This document shows, one piece after another, positions 48,935 to 62,452 of a stretch of DNA of 64,000 nt. The notes under the pieces are model-generated. The model had not been told where the DNA came from. It worked only from the letters and a program-made list of their open reading frames with translations, and ran no database searches. Made by a program: the position numbers and the translations under genes. The first letter of the stretch is position 1. Each line of letters starts with the position of its first letter. Source of the DNA: Asterias rubens (taxonomy: Eukaryota). The stretch is taken from assembly GCF_902459465.1 (NCBI RefSeq), contig NC_047073.1, positions 14,694,001 to 14,758,000 on the forward strand, in the 5' to 3' direction.

Positions 48935-51900
48935 AGGGTGCCTGACTACAAGCCACATCCCAGAGGGTGCCTGCCTAGAGGACATCATCCCATGTGATTG
49001 AAGCGCACCAAACATAGGTAAATATCCAAATTCTGATCATAATTAATCAAAAGGGCTTATGTACAGACCCACTTAGAGACATGCAGTGTTACACTTGTTG
49101 ATTTGACTCGATTTGTATATATTTCAGGAGTCTGCAGTTCTGCTGGAGATGTGGTGCTACCTGCTGCTGACAACATCCCAGAGGGTGCCTGGCTACGAGC
49201 TACATCCCAGAGGGTGCCTGACTACGAGCCACATCCCAGAGGGTGCCTGACTACGAGCCACATCCCAGAGGGTGCCTGACTACTAGCCACATCCCAGAGG
49301 GTGCCTGACTACAAGCCACATCCCAGAGGGTGCCTGACTACAAGCCACATCCCAGAGGGTGCCTGACTACAAGCCACATCCCAGAGGGTGCCTGACTACA
49401 AGCCACATCCCAGAGGGTGCCTGCCTAGAGGACATCATCCCATGTGATTGAAGCGCACAAAACATATGTAAATTTCCAAATTCTGATCATAATTAATCAA
49501 AAGGGCTTACGTACAGACCCACATAGAGACATGCAGTGTTACACTTGTTGATTTGACTCGATTGGTATATATTTTAGGAGTCTGCAGTTCTGCTGGGGAT
49601 GTGGTGCTACCTGCTGCTGACAACATCCCAGAGTGTGCCTGGCTACGAGCTACATACCAGAGGGTGCCTGACTACGAGCCACATCCCAGAGGGTGCCTGA
49701 CTACAAGCCACATCCCAGAGGGTGCCTGACTACAAGCCACATCCCAGTAGGTGCCTGACTACAAGCCACATCCCAGAGGGTGCCTGCCTAGAGGACTTCA
49801 TCCCATGTGATTGTAGCGCACCAAACATAGGTAAATTTCCAAATTCTTATCATAATTAATCAAAAGGGCTTATGTACAGACCCACATAGAGACATGCAGT
49901 GTTACACTTGTTGATTTGACTCGATTAGTAAATATTTCAGGAGTCTGCAGTTCTGCTGGGGATGTGGTGCTACCTGCTGCTGACAACATCCTAGAGGGTG
50001 CCTGGCTACGAGCTACATCCCAGAGGGTGCCTGACAACGAGCCACATCCCAGAGGGTGCCTGACTACAAGCTACATCCCAGAGGGTGCTTGACTACAAGC
50101 CACATCGCAGAGGGTGCCTGACTACAAGCCACATCGCAGAGGGTGCCTGACTACAAGCCACATCCCAGAGGGTGCCTGACTACAAGCCACATCCCAGAGG
50201 GTGCCTGACTACAAGCCACATCCAAGAGGGTGCCTGACTACAAGCCACATCCCAGAGGGTGCCTGACTACAAGCTACATCCCAGAGAGTGCCTGACTAGA
50301 GGATATCATCCCATGTGATTGAAGCGCACCAAACATAGATAAATTTCCAAATTCTGATCATAATTAATCAAAAGGGCTTATGTACAGACCCACATAGAGA
50401 CATGCAGTGTTACACTTGTTGATTTGACTCGATTGGTATATATTTCAGGAGTCTGCAGTTCTGCTGGGGATGTGGTGCTACCTGCTACGAGGGTGCCTGG
50501 CTACGAGCTACATCCCAGAGGGTGCCTGACAACGAGCCACATCCCAGAGGGTGCCTGACTACAAGCTACATCCCAGAGGGTGCTTGACTACAAGCCACAT
50601 CCCAGAGGGTGCCTGACTACAAGCCACACCCCAGAGGGTGCCTGACTACAAGCCACATCCCAGAGGGTGCCTGACTACAAGCCACATCCAAGAGGGTGCC
50701 TGACTACAAGCCACATCCCAGAGGGTGCCTGACTACAAGCTACATCCCAGAGAGTGCCTGACTAGAGGATATCATCCCATGTGATTGAAGCGCACCAAAC
50801 ATAGATAAATTTCCAAATTCTGATCATAATTAATCAAAAGGGCTGATGTACAGACCCACATAGAGACATGCAGTGTTACACTTGTTGATTTGACTCGATT
50901 GGTATATATTTCAGGAGTCTGCAGTTCTGCTGGGGATGGGTGCTACCTGCTGCTGACAACATCCCAGAGGGTGCCTGGCTACGAGCTACATCCCAGAGGG
51001 TGCCTGACTACAAGCCACATCCCATAGGGTGCCTGACTACAAGCCACATCCCAGAGGGTGCCTGCCTAGAGGACATCATCCCATGTGATTGAAGCGCACC
51101 AAACACGGGTAAATTTCCAAATTCTGATCATAATTAATCAAAAGGGCTTATGTACAGACCCACATAGAGACATGCAGTGTTACACTTGTTGATTTGACTC
51201 GATTGGTATATATTTCAGGAGTCTGCAGTTCTGCTGGGTATGTGGTGCTACCTGCTGCTGACAACATCCTAGAGGGTGCCTGACAACGAGCCACATCCCA
51301 GAGGGTGCCTGACTACAAGCTACATCCCAGAGGGTGCTTGACTACAAGCCACATCCCAGAGGGTGCCTGACTACAAGCCACATCCCAGAGGGTGCCTGAC
51401 TACAAGCCACATCCCAGAGGGTGCCTGACTACAAGCCACATCCCAGAGGGTGCCTGACTACAAGCTACATCCCAGAGAGTGCCTGACTAGAGGACATCAT
51501 CCCATGTGGTTGAAGCGCACCAAACATAGATAAATTTCCAAATTCTGATCATAATTAATCAAAAGGGCTTATGTACAGACCCACATAGAGACATGCAGTG
51601 TTACACTTGTTGATTTGACTCGATTGGTATATATTTCAGGAGTCTGCAGTTCTGCTGGGGATGGGTGCTACCTGCTGCTGACAACATCCCAGAGGGTGCC
51701 TGGCTACGAGCTACATCCCAGAGGGTGCCTGACTACAAGCCACATCCCATAGGGTGCCTGACTACAAGCCACATCCCAGAGGGTGCCTGCCTAGAGGACA
51801 TTATCCCACGTGATTGAAGCGCACCAAACATAGGTAAATTTCCAAATTCTGATCATAATTAATCAAAAGGGCTTATGTACAGACCCACATAGAGACATGC

Positions 51901-54900
51901 AGTGTTACACTTGTTGATTTGACTCGATTAGTAAATATTTCAGGAGTCTGCAGTACTGCTGGGGATGTGGTGCTACCTGCTGCTGACAACATCCTAGAGG
52001 GTGCCTGGCTACGAGCTACATCCCAGAGGGTGCCTGACAACGAGCCACATCCCAGAGGGTGCCTGACTACAAGCCACATCCCAGAGGGTGCCTGACTACA
52101 AGCCACATCCCAGAGGGTGCCTGACTACAAGCCACATCCCAGAGGGTGCCTGACTACAAGCCACATCCCAGAGGGTGCCTGACTACAAGCCACATCGCAG
52201 AGGGTGCCTGACTACAAGCCACATCGCAGAGGGTGCCTGACTACAAGCCACATCCCAGAGGGTGCCTGACTACAAGCCACATCCCAGAGGGTGCCTGACT
52301 ACAAGCCACATCCAAGAGGGTGCCTGACTACAAGCCACATCCCAGAGGGTGCCTGACTACAAGCTACATCCCAGAGAGTGCCTGACTAGAGGATATCATC
52401 CCATGTGATTGAAGCGCACCAAACATAGATAAATTTCCAAATTCTGATCATAATTAATCAAAAGGGCTTATGTACAGACCCACATAGAGACATGCAGTGT
52501 TACACTTGTTGATTTGACTCGATTGGTATATATTTCAGGAGTCTGCAGTTCTGCTGGGGATGTGGTGCTACCTGCTACGAGGGTGCCTGGCTACGAGCTA
52601 CATCCCAGAGGGTGCCTGACAACGAGCCACATCCCAGAGGGTGCCTGACTACAAGCTACATCCCAGAGGGTGCTTGACTACAAGCCACATCCCAGAGGGT
52701 GCCTGACTACAAGCCACACCCCAGAGGGTGCCTGACTACAAGCCACATCCCAGAGGGTGCCTGACTACAAGCCACATCCAAGAGGGTGCCTGACTACAAG
52801 CCACATCCCAGAGGGTGCCTGACTACAAGCTACATCCCAGAGAGTGCCTGACTAGAGGATATCATCCCATGTGATTGAAGCGCACCAAACATAGATAAAT
52901 TTCCAAATTCTGATCATAATTAATCAAAAGGGCTGATGTACAGACCCACATAGAGACATGCAGTGTTACACTTGTTGATTTGACTCGATTGGTATATATT
53001 TCAGGAGTCTGCAGTTCTGCTGGGGATGGGTGCTACCTGCTGCTGACAACATCCCAGAGGGTGCCTGGCTACGAGCTACATCCCAGAGGGTGCCTGACTA
53101 CAAGCCACATCCCATAGGGTGCCTGACTACAAGCCACATCCCAGAGGGTGCCTGCCTAGAGGACATCATCCCATGTGATTGAAGCGCACCAAACACGGGT
53201 AAATTTCCAAATTCTGATCATAATTAATCAAAAGGGCTTATGTACAGACCCACATAGAGACATGCAGTGTTACACTTGTTGATTTGACTCGATTGGTATA
53301 TATTTCAGGAGTCTGCAGTTCTGCTGGGTATGTGGTGCTACCTGCTGCTGACAACATCCTAGAGGGTGCCTGACAACGAGCCACATCCCAGAGGGTGCCT
53401 GACTACAAGCTACATCCCAGAGGGTGCTTGACTACAAGCCACATCCCAGAGGGTGCCTGACTACAAGCCACATCCCAGAGGGTGCCTGACTACAAGCCAC
53501 ATCCCAGAGGGTGCCTGACTACAAGCCACATCCCAGAGGGTGCCTGACTACAAGCTACATCCCAGAGAGTGCCTGACTAGAGGACATCATCCCATGTGGT
53601 TGAAGCGCACCAAACATAGATAAATTTCCAAATTCTGATCATAATTAATCAAAAGGGCTTATGTACAGACCCACATAGAGACATGCAGTGTTACACTTGT
53701 TGATTTGACTCGATTGGTATATATTTCAGGAGTCTGCAGTTCTGCTGGGGATGGGTGCTACCTGCTGCTGACAACATCCCAGAGGGTGCCTGGCTACGAG
53801 CTACATCCCAGAGGGTGCCTGACTACAAGCCACATCCCATAGGGTGCCTGACTACAAGCCACATCCCAGAGGGTGCCTGCCTAGAGGACATTATCCCACG
53901 TGATTGAAGCGCACCAAACATAGGTAAATTTCCAAATTCTGATCATAATTAATCAAAAGGGCTTATGTACAGACCCACATAGAGACATGCAGTGTTACAC
54001 TTGTTGATTTGACTCGATTAGTAAATATTTCAGGAGTCTGCAGTACTGCTGGGGATGTGGTGCTACCTGCTGCTGACAACATCCTAGAGGGTGCCTGGCT
54101 ACGAGCTACATCCCAGAGGGTGCCTGACAACGAGCCACATCCCAGAGGGTGCCTGACTACAAGCCACATCCCAGAGGGTGCCTGACTACAAGCCACATCC
54201 CAGAGGGTGCCTGACTACAAGCCACATCCCAGAGGGTGCCTGACTACAAGCCACATCCCAGAGGGTGCCTGACTACAAGCCACATCCAAGAGGGTGCCTG
54301 ACTACAAGCCACATCCCAGAGGGTGCCTGACTACAAGCTACATCCCAGAGAGTGCCTGACTAGAGGATATCATCCCATGTGATTGAAGCGCACCAAACAT
54401 AGATAAATTTCCAAATTCTGATCATAATTAATCAAAAGGGCTTATGTACAGACCCACATAGAGACATGCAGTGTTACACTTGTTGATTTGACTCGATTGG
54501 TATATATTTCAGGAGTCTGCAGTTCTGCTGGGGATGGGTGCTACCTGCTGCTGACAACATCCCAGAGGGTGCCTGGCTACGAGCTACATCCCAGAGGGTG
54601 CCTGACTACAAGCCACATGCCATAGGGTGCCTGACTACAAGCCACATCCCAGAGGGTGCCTGCCTAGAGGACATCATCCCATGTGATTGAAGCGCACCAA
54701 ACATAGGTAAATTTCCAAATTCTGATCATAATTAATCAAAAGGGCTTATGTACAGACCCACATAGAGACATGCAGTGTTACACTTGTTGATTTGACTCGA
54801 TTGGTAAATATTTCAGGAGTCTGCAGTTCTGCTGGGGATGTGGTGCTACCTGCTACGAGGGTGCCTGGCTACGAGCTACATCCCAGAGGGTGCCTAACAA

Positions 54901-56374
54901 CGAGCCACATCCCAGAGGGTGCCTGACTACAAGCTACATCCCAGAGGGTGCTTGACTACAAGCCACATCCCAGAGGGTGCCTTACTACAAGCCACATCCC
55001 AGAGGGTGCCTGACTACGAGCCACATCCCAGAGGGTGCCTGACTACAAGCCACATCCAAGAGGGTGCCTGACTACAAGCCACATCCCAGAGGGTGCCTGA
55101 CTACAAGCTACATCCCAGAGAGTGCCTGACTAGAGGATATCATCCCATGTGATTGAAGCGCACCAAACATAGATAAATTTCCAAATTCTGATCATAATTA
55201 ATCAAAAGGGCTTATGTACAGACCCACATAGAGACATGCAGTGTTACACTTGTTGATTTGACTCGATTGGTATATATTTCAGGAGTCTGCAGTTCTGCTG
55301 GGGATGGGTGCTACCTGCTGCTGACAACATCCCAGAGGGTGCCTGGCTGCGAGCTACATCCCAGAGGGTGCCTGACTACAAGCCACATCCCATAGGGTGC
55401 CTGACTACAAGCCACATCCCAGAGGGTGCCTGCCTAGAGGACATCATCCCATGTGATTGAAGCGCACCAAACACGGGTAAATTTCCAAATTCTGATCATA
55501 ATTAATCAAAAGGGCTTATGTACAGACCCACATAGAGACATGCAGTGTTACACTTGTTGATTTGACTCGATTGGTATATATTTCAGGAGTCTGCAGTTCT
55601 GCTGGGGATGTGGTGCTACCTGCTGCTGACAACATCCTAGAGGGTGCCTGACTACGAGCTACATACCAGAGGGTGCCTGACTACGAGCCACATCCCAGAG
55701 GTTGCCTGACTACGAGCCACATCCGAGAGGGTGCCTGACTACAAGCCACATCCCAGAGGGTGCCTGACTACAAGCCACATCCCAGAGGGTGCCTGACTAC
55801 AAGCCACATCCCAGAGGGTGCCTGACTACAAGCCACATCCCAGAGGGTGCCTGACTACAAGCCACATCCCAGAGGGTGCCTGACTACAAGCCACATGCCA
55901 GAGGGTGCCTGACTACAAGCCACATCCCAGAGGGTGCCTGACTACAAGCCACATCCCAGAGGGTGCCTGACTACAAGCCACATCCCAGAGGGTGCCTGCC
56001 TAGAGGACATCATCCCATGTGATTGAAGCGCACCAAACATAGGTAAATTTCCAAATTCTGATCATAATTAATCAAAAGGGCTAATGTACAGACCCACATA
56101 GAGACATGCAGTGTTACACTTGTTGATTTGACTCGATTGGTATAAATTTCAGGAGTCTGCAATTCTGCTGGGGATGTGGTGCTACCTGCTCCTGACAACA
56201 TCCCAGAGGGTGCCTGGCTATGAGCTACATCGCAGAGGGTGCCTGACTACAAGCCACATCCCAGAGGGTGCCTGACTACAAGCCACATCCCAGAGGGTGC
56301 CTGACTACAAGCCACATCGCAGAGGGTGCCTGACTACAAGCTACATCCCAGAGGGTGCCTGACTACAAGCCACA
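48932..56374. repeat. Composite satellite: 18 copies of a conserved core, each followed by 4 to about 14 copies of a 29-bp repeat; 2090-bp higher-order repeat
   Basis: 29-mer CAGAGGGTGCCTGACTACAAGCCACATCC. The core (GAGGACATCATCCCATGTGATTGAAGCGCACC...TTTCAGGAGTCTGCAG) recurs 18 times. About 50100-52190 is repeated at about 52190-54280; the identical ORFs 51873 and 53963 are offset by 2090. Confidence 0.96.
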
Positions 56375-56995
56375 ACAAGATTTGTGAAGATTTCACATTT
56401 CGTTGGCCTGTTTAATTCATTCTTGGAAGTATATGTGCTTTTCGAATTGTTGTCAACGTACTTGAAATGAGGTACTTCATTACAAGTATGTAGACAGAAT
56501 ACATGTTAAACTTGTATCGAGGTACTATACAAGTTCATGTATTCACATACAAAAACTGCATGTTTGTAATGAGGTACTTCATTACAATCATGTAATTATA
56601 ACATGCTTGCAATGAAGTACCTTATTGCAAGTATGTAAACGTTTCATGTGCGTAATGAAGTACCGCATTACAACCGTGAAACAAGTTAAGTTAATTTGTA
56701 ATGCAGTTTGCTCATTACAAAATACGAAACAACATAAGTTTATTTGTAGTAAATTCATAACAAATAAAAAGAGAACAATATGTTTAAGGAGTGTGTTTAA
56801 GTGTTTATTAGACATTAAGTTTTGTATTGTTACTACTTAATTTGTCTTTCAATTATTTATTAGTCTAATTGTTTACATGGTATTTGTTCTGGGGTAGCTT
56901 ACATGGTGGCCACCATGTTGTTTTGTTGGTAACTCTTAAAGCTTTTAATGTGAAAGGTCATGACATTGTGTTGTGTGAATATGGAGGTTGTTTAA

Positions 56996-59704
56996 GAGTA
57001 CTCATTACCGAGGTTATTTAATTACAAAGGTCATGACAATGTCATAGAGTCCTCATTAACGAGGTGATTTAATTACAAATGTCATGACAATGTCATAGAG
57101 TACTCATTAACGAGGTGATGTAATTACAAAGGTCATGACAATGTCATAGAGTACTCATTAACGAGGTTATTTCAATTATAAAGGTCATGACAATGTCATA
57201 GAGTACTCATTAACGAGGTGATTTAATTACAAAGGTCTTGACATTGTCTTAGCTGTATAGAGTACTCATTAATAGGTTAATATAATTATAATTATGAAGG
57301 TCATGACATTGTCTTAGCTGTATAGAGAACTCATTAACAAGGTTTTATAATTACAAAGGTCATGACGTTGTCTTAGCTGTATAGAGTACTCATTAACAAG
57401 GTTTTATTATTACAAAGGTCATGACATTGTCTTAGCTGTATAGAGTACTCATTAACAAGGTTTTATAATAACAAAGGTCATGACATTGTCTTAGCTGTAT
57501 AGAGTACTCATTAACAAGGTTTTATAATTACAAAGGTCATGACATTGTCTTAGCTGTATAGAGTACTCATTAACAAGGTTTTATAATAACAAAGGTCATG
57601 ACATTGTCTTAGCTGTATAGAGTACTCATTAACAAGGTTTTATAAATACAAGGCCATGACATTGTCTTAGCTGTAAAGAGTACTCATTAACAAGGTTTTA
57701 TCATTACAAAGGTCATGACGTTGTCTTAGCTGTATAGAGTACTCATTAACAAGGTTTTATTATTACAAAGGTCATGACATTGTCTTAGCTGTATAGAGTA
57801 CTCATTAACAAGGTTTTATAATAACAAAGGTCATGACATTGTCTTAGCTGTATAGAGTACTCATTAACAAGGTTTTATAATTACAAAGGTCATGACATTG
57901 TCTTAGCTGTATAGAGTACTCATTAACAAGGTTTTATAATAACAAAGGTCATGACATTGTCTTAGCTGTATAGAGTACTCATTAACAAGGTTTTATAATT
58001 ACAAAGGTCATGACATTGTCTTAGCTGTATAGAGTACTCATTAACAAGGTTTTATAATTACAAAGGTCATGACATTGTCTTAGCTGTATAGAGTACTCAT
58101 TAAAAGGTTTTATAATTACAAAGGTCATGACATTGTCTTAGCTGTATAGAGTACTCATTAACAAGGTTTTATAATTACAAAGGTCATGACATTGTCTTAG
58201 CTGTATAGAGTACTCATTAACAAGGTTTTATAAATACAAGGCCATGACATTGTCTTAGCTGTAAAGAGTACTCATTAACAAGGTTTTATAATTACAAAGG
58301 TCATGACATTATCTTATCTGTATAGAGTACTCATTAACAAGGTTTTATAATTACAAAGGTCATGACATTGTCTTAGCTTTATAGAGTACTCATTAACAAG
58401 GTTTTATAATTACAAAGGTCATGACATTATCTTATCTGTATAGAGTACTCATTAACAAGGTTTTATAATTACAAAGGTCATGACATTGTCTTAGCTGTAC
58501 AGAGTACTCATTAACAAGGTTTTATAATAACAAAGGTCATGACATTGTCTTAGCTGTAAAGAGTACTCATTAACAAGGTTTATAATTACAAAGGTCATGA
58601 CATTATCTTATCTGTATAGAGTACTCATTAACAAGGTTTTATAATTACAAAGGTCATGACATTGTCTTAGCTTTATAGAGTACTCATTAACAAGGTTTTA
58701 TAATTACAAAGGTCATGACATTATCTTATCTGTATAGAGTACTCATTAACAAGGTTTTATAATTACAAAGGTCATGACATTATCTTATCTGTATAGAGTA
58801 CTCATTAACAAGGTTTTATAATTACAAAGGTCATGACATTGTCTTAGCTTTATAGAGTACTCATTAACAAGGTTTTATAATTACAAAGGTCATGACATTA
58901 TCTTATCTGTATAGAGTACTCATTAACAAGGTTTTATAATTACAAAGGTCATGACATTGTCTTAGCTGTACAGAGTACTCATTAACAAGGTTTTATAATA
59001 ACAAAGGTCATGACATTGTCTTAGCTGTATAGAGTACTCATTAACAAGGTTTTATTATTACAAAGGTCATGACATTGTCTTAGCTGTATAGAGTACTCAT
59101 TAACAAGGTTTTATAATTACAAAGGTCATGACATTGTCTTAGCTGTATAGAGTACTCATTAACAAGGTTTTATAATTACAAAGGTCATGACATTGTCTTA
59201 GCTGTATAGAGTACTCATTAACAAGGTTTTATAATTACAAAGGTCATGACATTGTCTTAGCTGTATAGAGTACTCATTAAAAGGTTTTATAATTAAAAAG
59301 GTCATGACATTGTCTTAGCTGTATAGAGTACTCATTAACAAGGTTTTATAATTACAAAGGTCATGACATTGTCTTAGCTGTATAGAGTACTCATTAACAA
59401 GGTTTTATAAATACAAGGCCATGACATTGTCTTAGCTGTAAAGAGTACTCATTAACAAGGTTTTATCATTACAAAGGTCATGACATTGTCTTAGCTGTAT
59501 AGAATACTCATTAACAAGGTTTTATAATTACAAAGGTCATGACATTATCTTATCTGTATAGAGTACTCATTAACAAGGTTTATAATTACAAAGGTCATGA
59601 TATTGTCTTAGCTGTATAGAGTACTCATTAACAAGGTTGTATGTATACAAAGGTCATGCCATTGTCTTAGCTGTATAGAGTACTCATGAACAAGGTTTTA
59701 TAAT
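56996..59704. repeat. 59-bp AT-rich satellite, about 45 copies, with about 51-bp variants at the left edge
   Basis: Monomer AGAGTACTCATTAACAAGGTTTTATAATTACAAAGGTCATGACATTGTCTTAGCTGTAT; the 59-bp period shows as a 1-nt shift per 60-nt line. Confidence 0.97.
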
Positions 59705-60368
59705 ATAATAATAACATAAAATAATAATAATAATAAATAATAATTAGAGGGGGTAACATTACAAAGAAGCAATTGTTGTAATGGTTACACACTCAGATGT
59801 ATTACGATCCCTTTTGTGGGGTGGGAGATGACAACCTTCACGTGGTCCACCCTGTTGTTAACTAATTGTCATCAGCTGTATATACGTATGTATATATAGC
59901 TCTATGCATCTAACCAATCTACCCCATCAGGTAAGATGGAATTTGACTCGATGAACTTTCAAGAATGTTCATGATCAGTCCATGAACATGCCTTAAACAG
60001 TTCACAACATATTCATTAGAGCAGTTCATGAACCAAGTTCAAGAACTGTTTATCTGTTCAATTGATGGACATTTGATAGGGGAACAAAAGGGAAGCGACG
60101 AGTTCTTTATTGGCCGTTTAAAACCAGCAGGGTCGTTGCCAGGTGATAAAGGCCCAAGCAGAAGGCGAGGGCCTATATCGCACGGCAACATACGTTTAAG
60201 AACAAGTCACTACTCTTTTATTCCCATTAATAAATGCCCTTTTGTTATAAAGCGCGCTTAGAAATAGATATTCGCGCGCGCTTAGAAATAGATTACGCCC
60301 TGTTACTAAAAGCTATGAATTGCGCGTTCGGCATGAGTATATTGGCGTACGTAGGCCTGACACGCGGA

Positions 60369-60870
60369 AGCCGGCCGGTTATAAACAGCTCCAGCTGGGC
60401 CCAATTTCATGGCTCTGCTTACCGTAAGCAAACAATCAGCGCTTACGGAAGCAGGGAATTCTGTGTATACGGCAAGCGTATTTCATGGGTTAGCGGCGAA
60501 TTTTGGCTTTTGCGCGTGCCTACTCCACGTTTCTAGGCATTCTACGCTTAAAAGGCTAGCTCAGAAAGCCGGTTATAAACAGCTCCAGCAGGGCCCAATT
60601 TCATGGCACTGCTTACCGTGAGCAAAGAATCAGCGCTTGCGGAAGCAGGGAATTCTGTGTATACGGCAAGCGTATTTCATGGGTTAGCGGCGAATTTTGG
60701 CTTTTGTGCGTGCCTACTGCACGTTTCTAGGCATTCTACGCTTGAAAGGCTAGCACAGAAAGCCGGTTATAAACAGCTCCAGCTGGGCCCAATTTCATGG
60801 CACTGCTTACCGTGAGCAAAGAATCAGCGCTTACGGAAGCAGTGAATTCTGTGTATAGGGCAAGCGTATT
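60369..60870 (+). repeat. 194-bp tandem repeat (about 2.5 copies) built from the left half of a GGCCCAATTTCAT-TIR MITE
   Basis: GGGCCCAATTTCATGGC at about 60397, 60591 and 60785; the body matches the left half of the complete MITE at 6640-6885. Confidence 0.88.
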
Positions 60871-62452
60871 GGGAATAGTGTCATCAGTGGTCATTTCAAC
60901 TTGGTTTTAGGTGGTTCCTCAGATGTTTAACCCAGGAGGGGGGGGGGGGGTGTCTGGCGGGCCCAATTCAGCAAATCTCAAGTCTGGCGGCTGATACTGG
61001 TATTAATTATAGTATTATTGGTCCTTTCTCTATCTGGTCATTTCAACTGCAGTTCCTCTGTTGTTTAACCCAGGGGGGGGGGGGGGGGGGGGTTGCAGGC
61101 CAATGCAGCGAAATTATTGTACTACTACTAGCATACTTGTTGTTATTAAATTATGGGCTCTCACGTTTTTAAAGAATACCAGGTCGACGCGTGGGGCCAG
61201 GGCTGGAGCTCCAGAAAGGGGGAGTTTTTAGAATTATGTATTTCAAGAGGCGGTATCGCTGAGTATGGATTGAATTTTTGGTGCGTCTTCATAAACTCTT
61301 GGAGTATCAAGAAGACGATAGGCCTACCCATGCCGGATTAACATGAGTTGAGATTTGTGAGTTTGGTGTTATTTACCGAGCTTTGTTTGTTTTGATTGAC
61401 TGTTTGCAGGGAAGAGGTTGAATCAAGGAAGAGGCTGAGTGAGAAGAATGCAGAGGACTTGTAGCATATGGATAAAAGACAAAGAGACAACCAGGTTATT
61501 ACAGTTTGGAGAAATCTTTCCATAAAGCTTTGTCCTTTTTCTTGAAACTGTACTTAATTTTGGTCCAATTCCAATCCATCAAGTAATTTATTTATTTGTT
61601 TATTTATTTATTCACTTAGGCTTTAAAAACTTCAAAACACACAGCAACAATAAGTAGAAATGTGTAATTTTTACATTATTAGTAAAATAATTAGAGACAT
61701 ATCAACAAAAAGCAAGCAGAAGCCTATAGGGATTGCCCAATAGGGAACCAAATCACTATCCAGTTCTTGAATTGGTCTCAACGTTTTGACTAGCTTGCTA
61801 TAGTCATCGTCAAGAGATTGACTCCGCGGTAGTGCAGTTAATTATGATCCTATAAAGCTAAAGTAGTTGTCCCAGCCAATTTTCTATACCTTCCGCCCGG
61901 GTATAGTTACAAAGCAGGACAGTTCTTTTCAGAACAAGTCTCTCAAAAATCTGATAATCTACTCTTTGTGGTAGTAGAATAAAGAAAGACAGTTCTCTAA
62001 GAACAAACTCTACCTGGCAAGTAGAAACACACATGGTGTTACCGCAAACCAAATATATATTGATACCTCACCATGCAATGCCTAAATTCTTTTGTACCCT
62101 TTTCACTGATGAAAGAGGTTTCTAAAAAAATAATTGCCTTGTTAGTGATTTCCAATCCATGTTTAGTTTCACCTCACATGTAGGTACTTGTGAAATTTGT
62201 GTGTAATTTCTTTTCCCAAAAGACTTTGATGCTTTATTATTTTGTCGTTAACAAGACAAATAGTTAATTATTTTCTGCAAATTATTTATTATGACCCATC
62301 AAAATGAACTAGGCATATCTGAGCTTTTAAGGAACTGGTGGTTCTCAAATGTAATACTGTAAAAAATTAACTATGCCTAGTGATCAAATGCACACAAAAC
62401 GTGCAACTACACAGCTGATGTAAATTTGTCCGATATTTGTCGTTTATTTTAG

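Noticed and set aside
42536-49015. Giant ORFs (LQLM)n 2159 aa, (VVAS)n 1735 aa, (SCSI)n and (WHQL)n as real proteins
   Set aside because: They are automatic consequences of a stop-free 12-bp period, use alternative starts or repeat-derived ATGs, and have no flanking domains.
48932-56374. CRISPR-like appearance of the 29-bp repeats
   Set aside because: The repeats are directly adjacent with no unique spacers, there are no cas genes, and the context is eukaryotic.
42499-59745. (TTA)n left and (TAA)n right of the satellite block as inverted termini of one giant transposon
   Set aside because: Such tracts are common LINE/SINE tails throughout the window, and there is no TSD or specific TIR.
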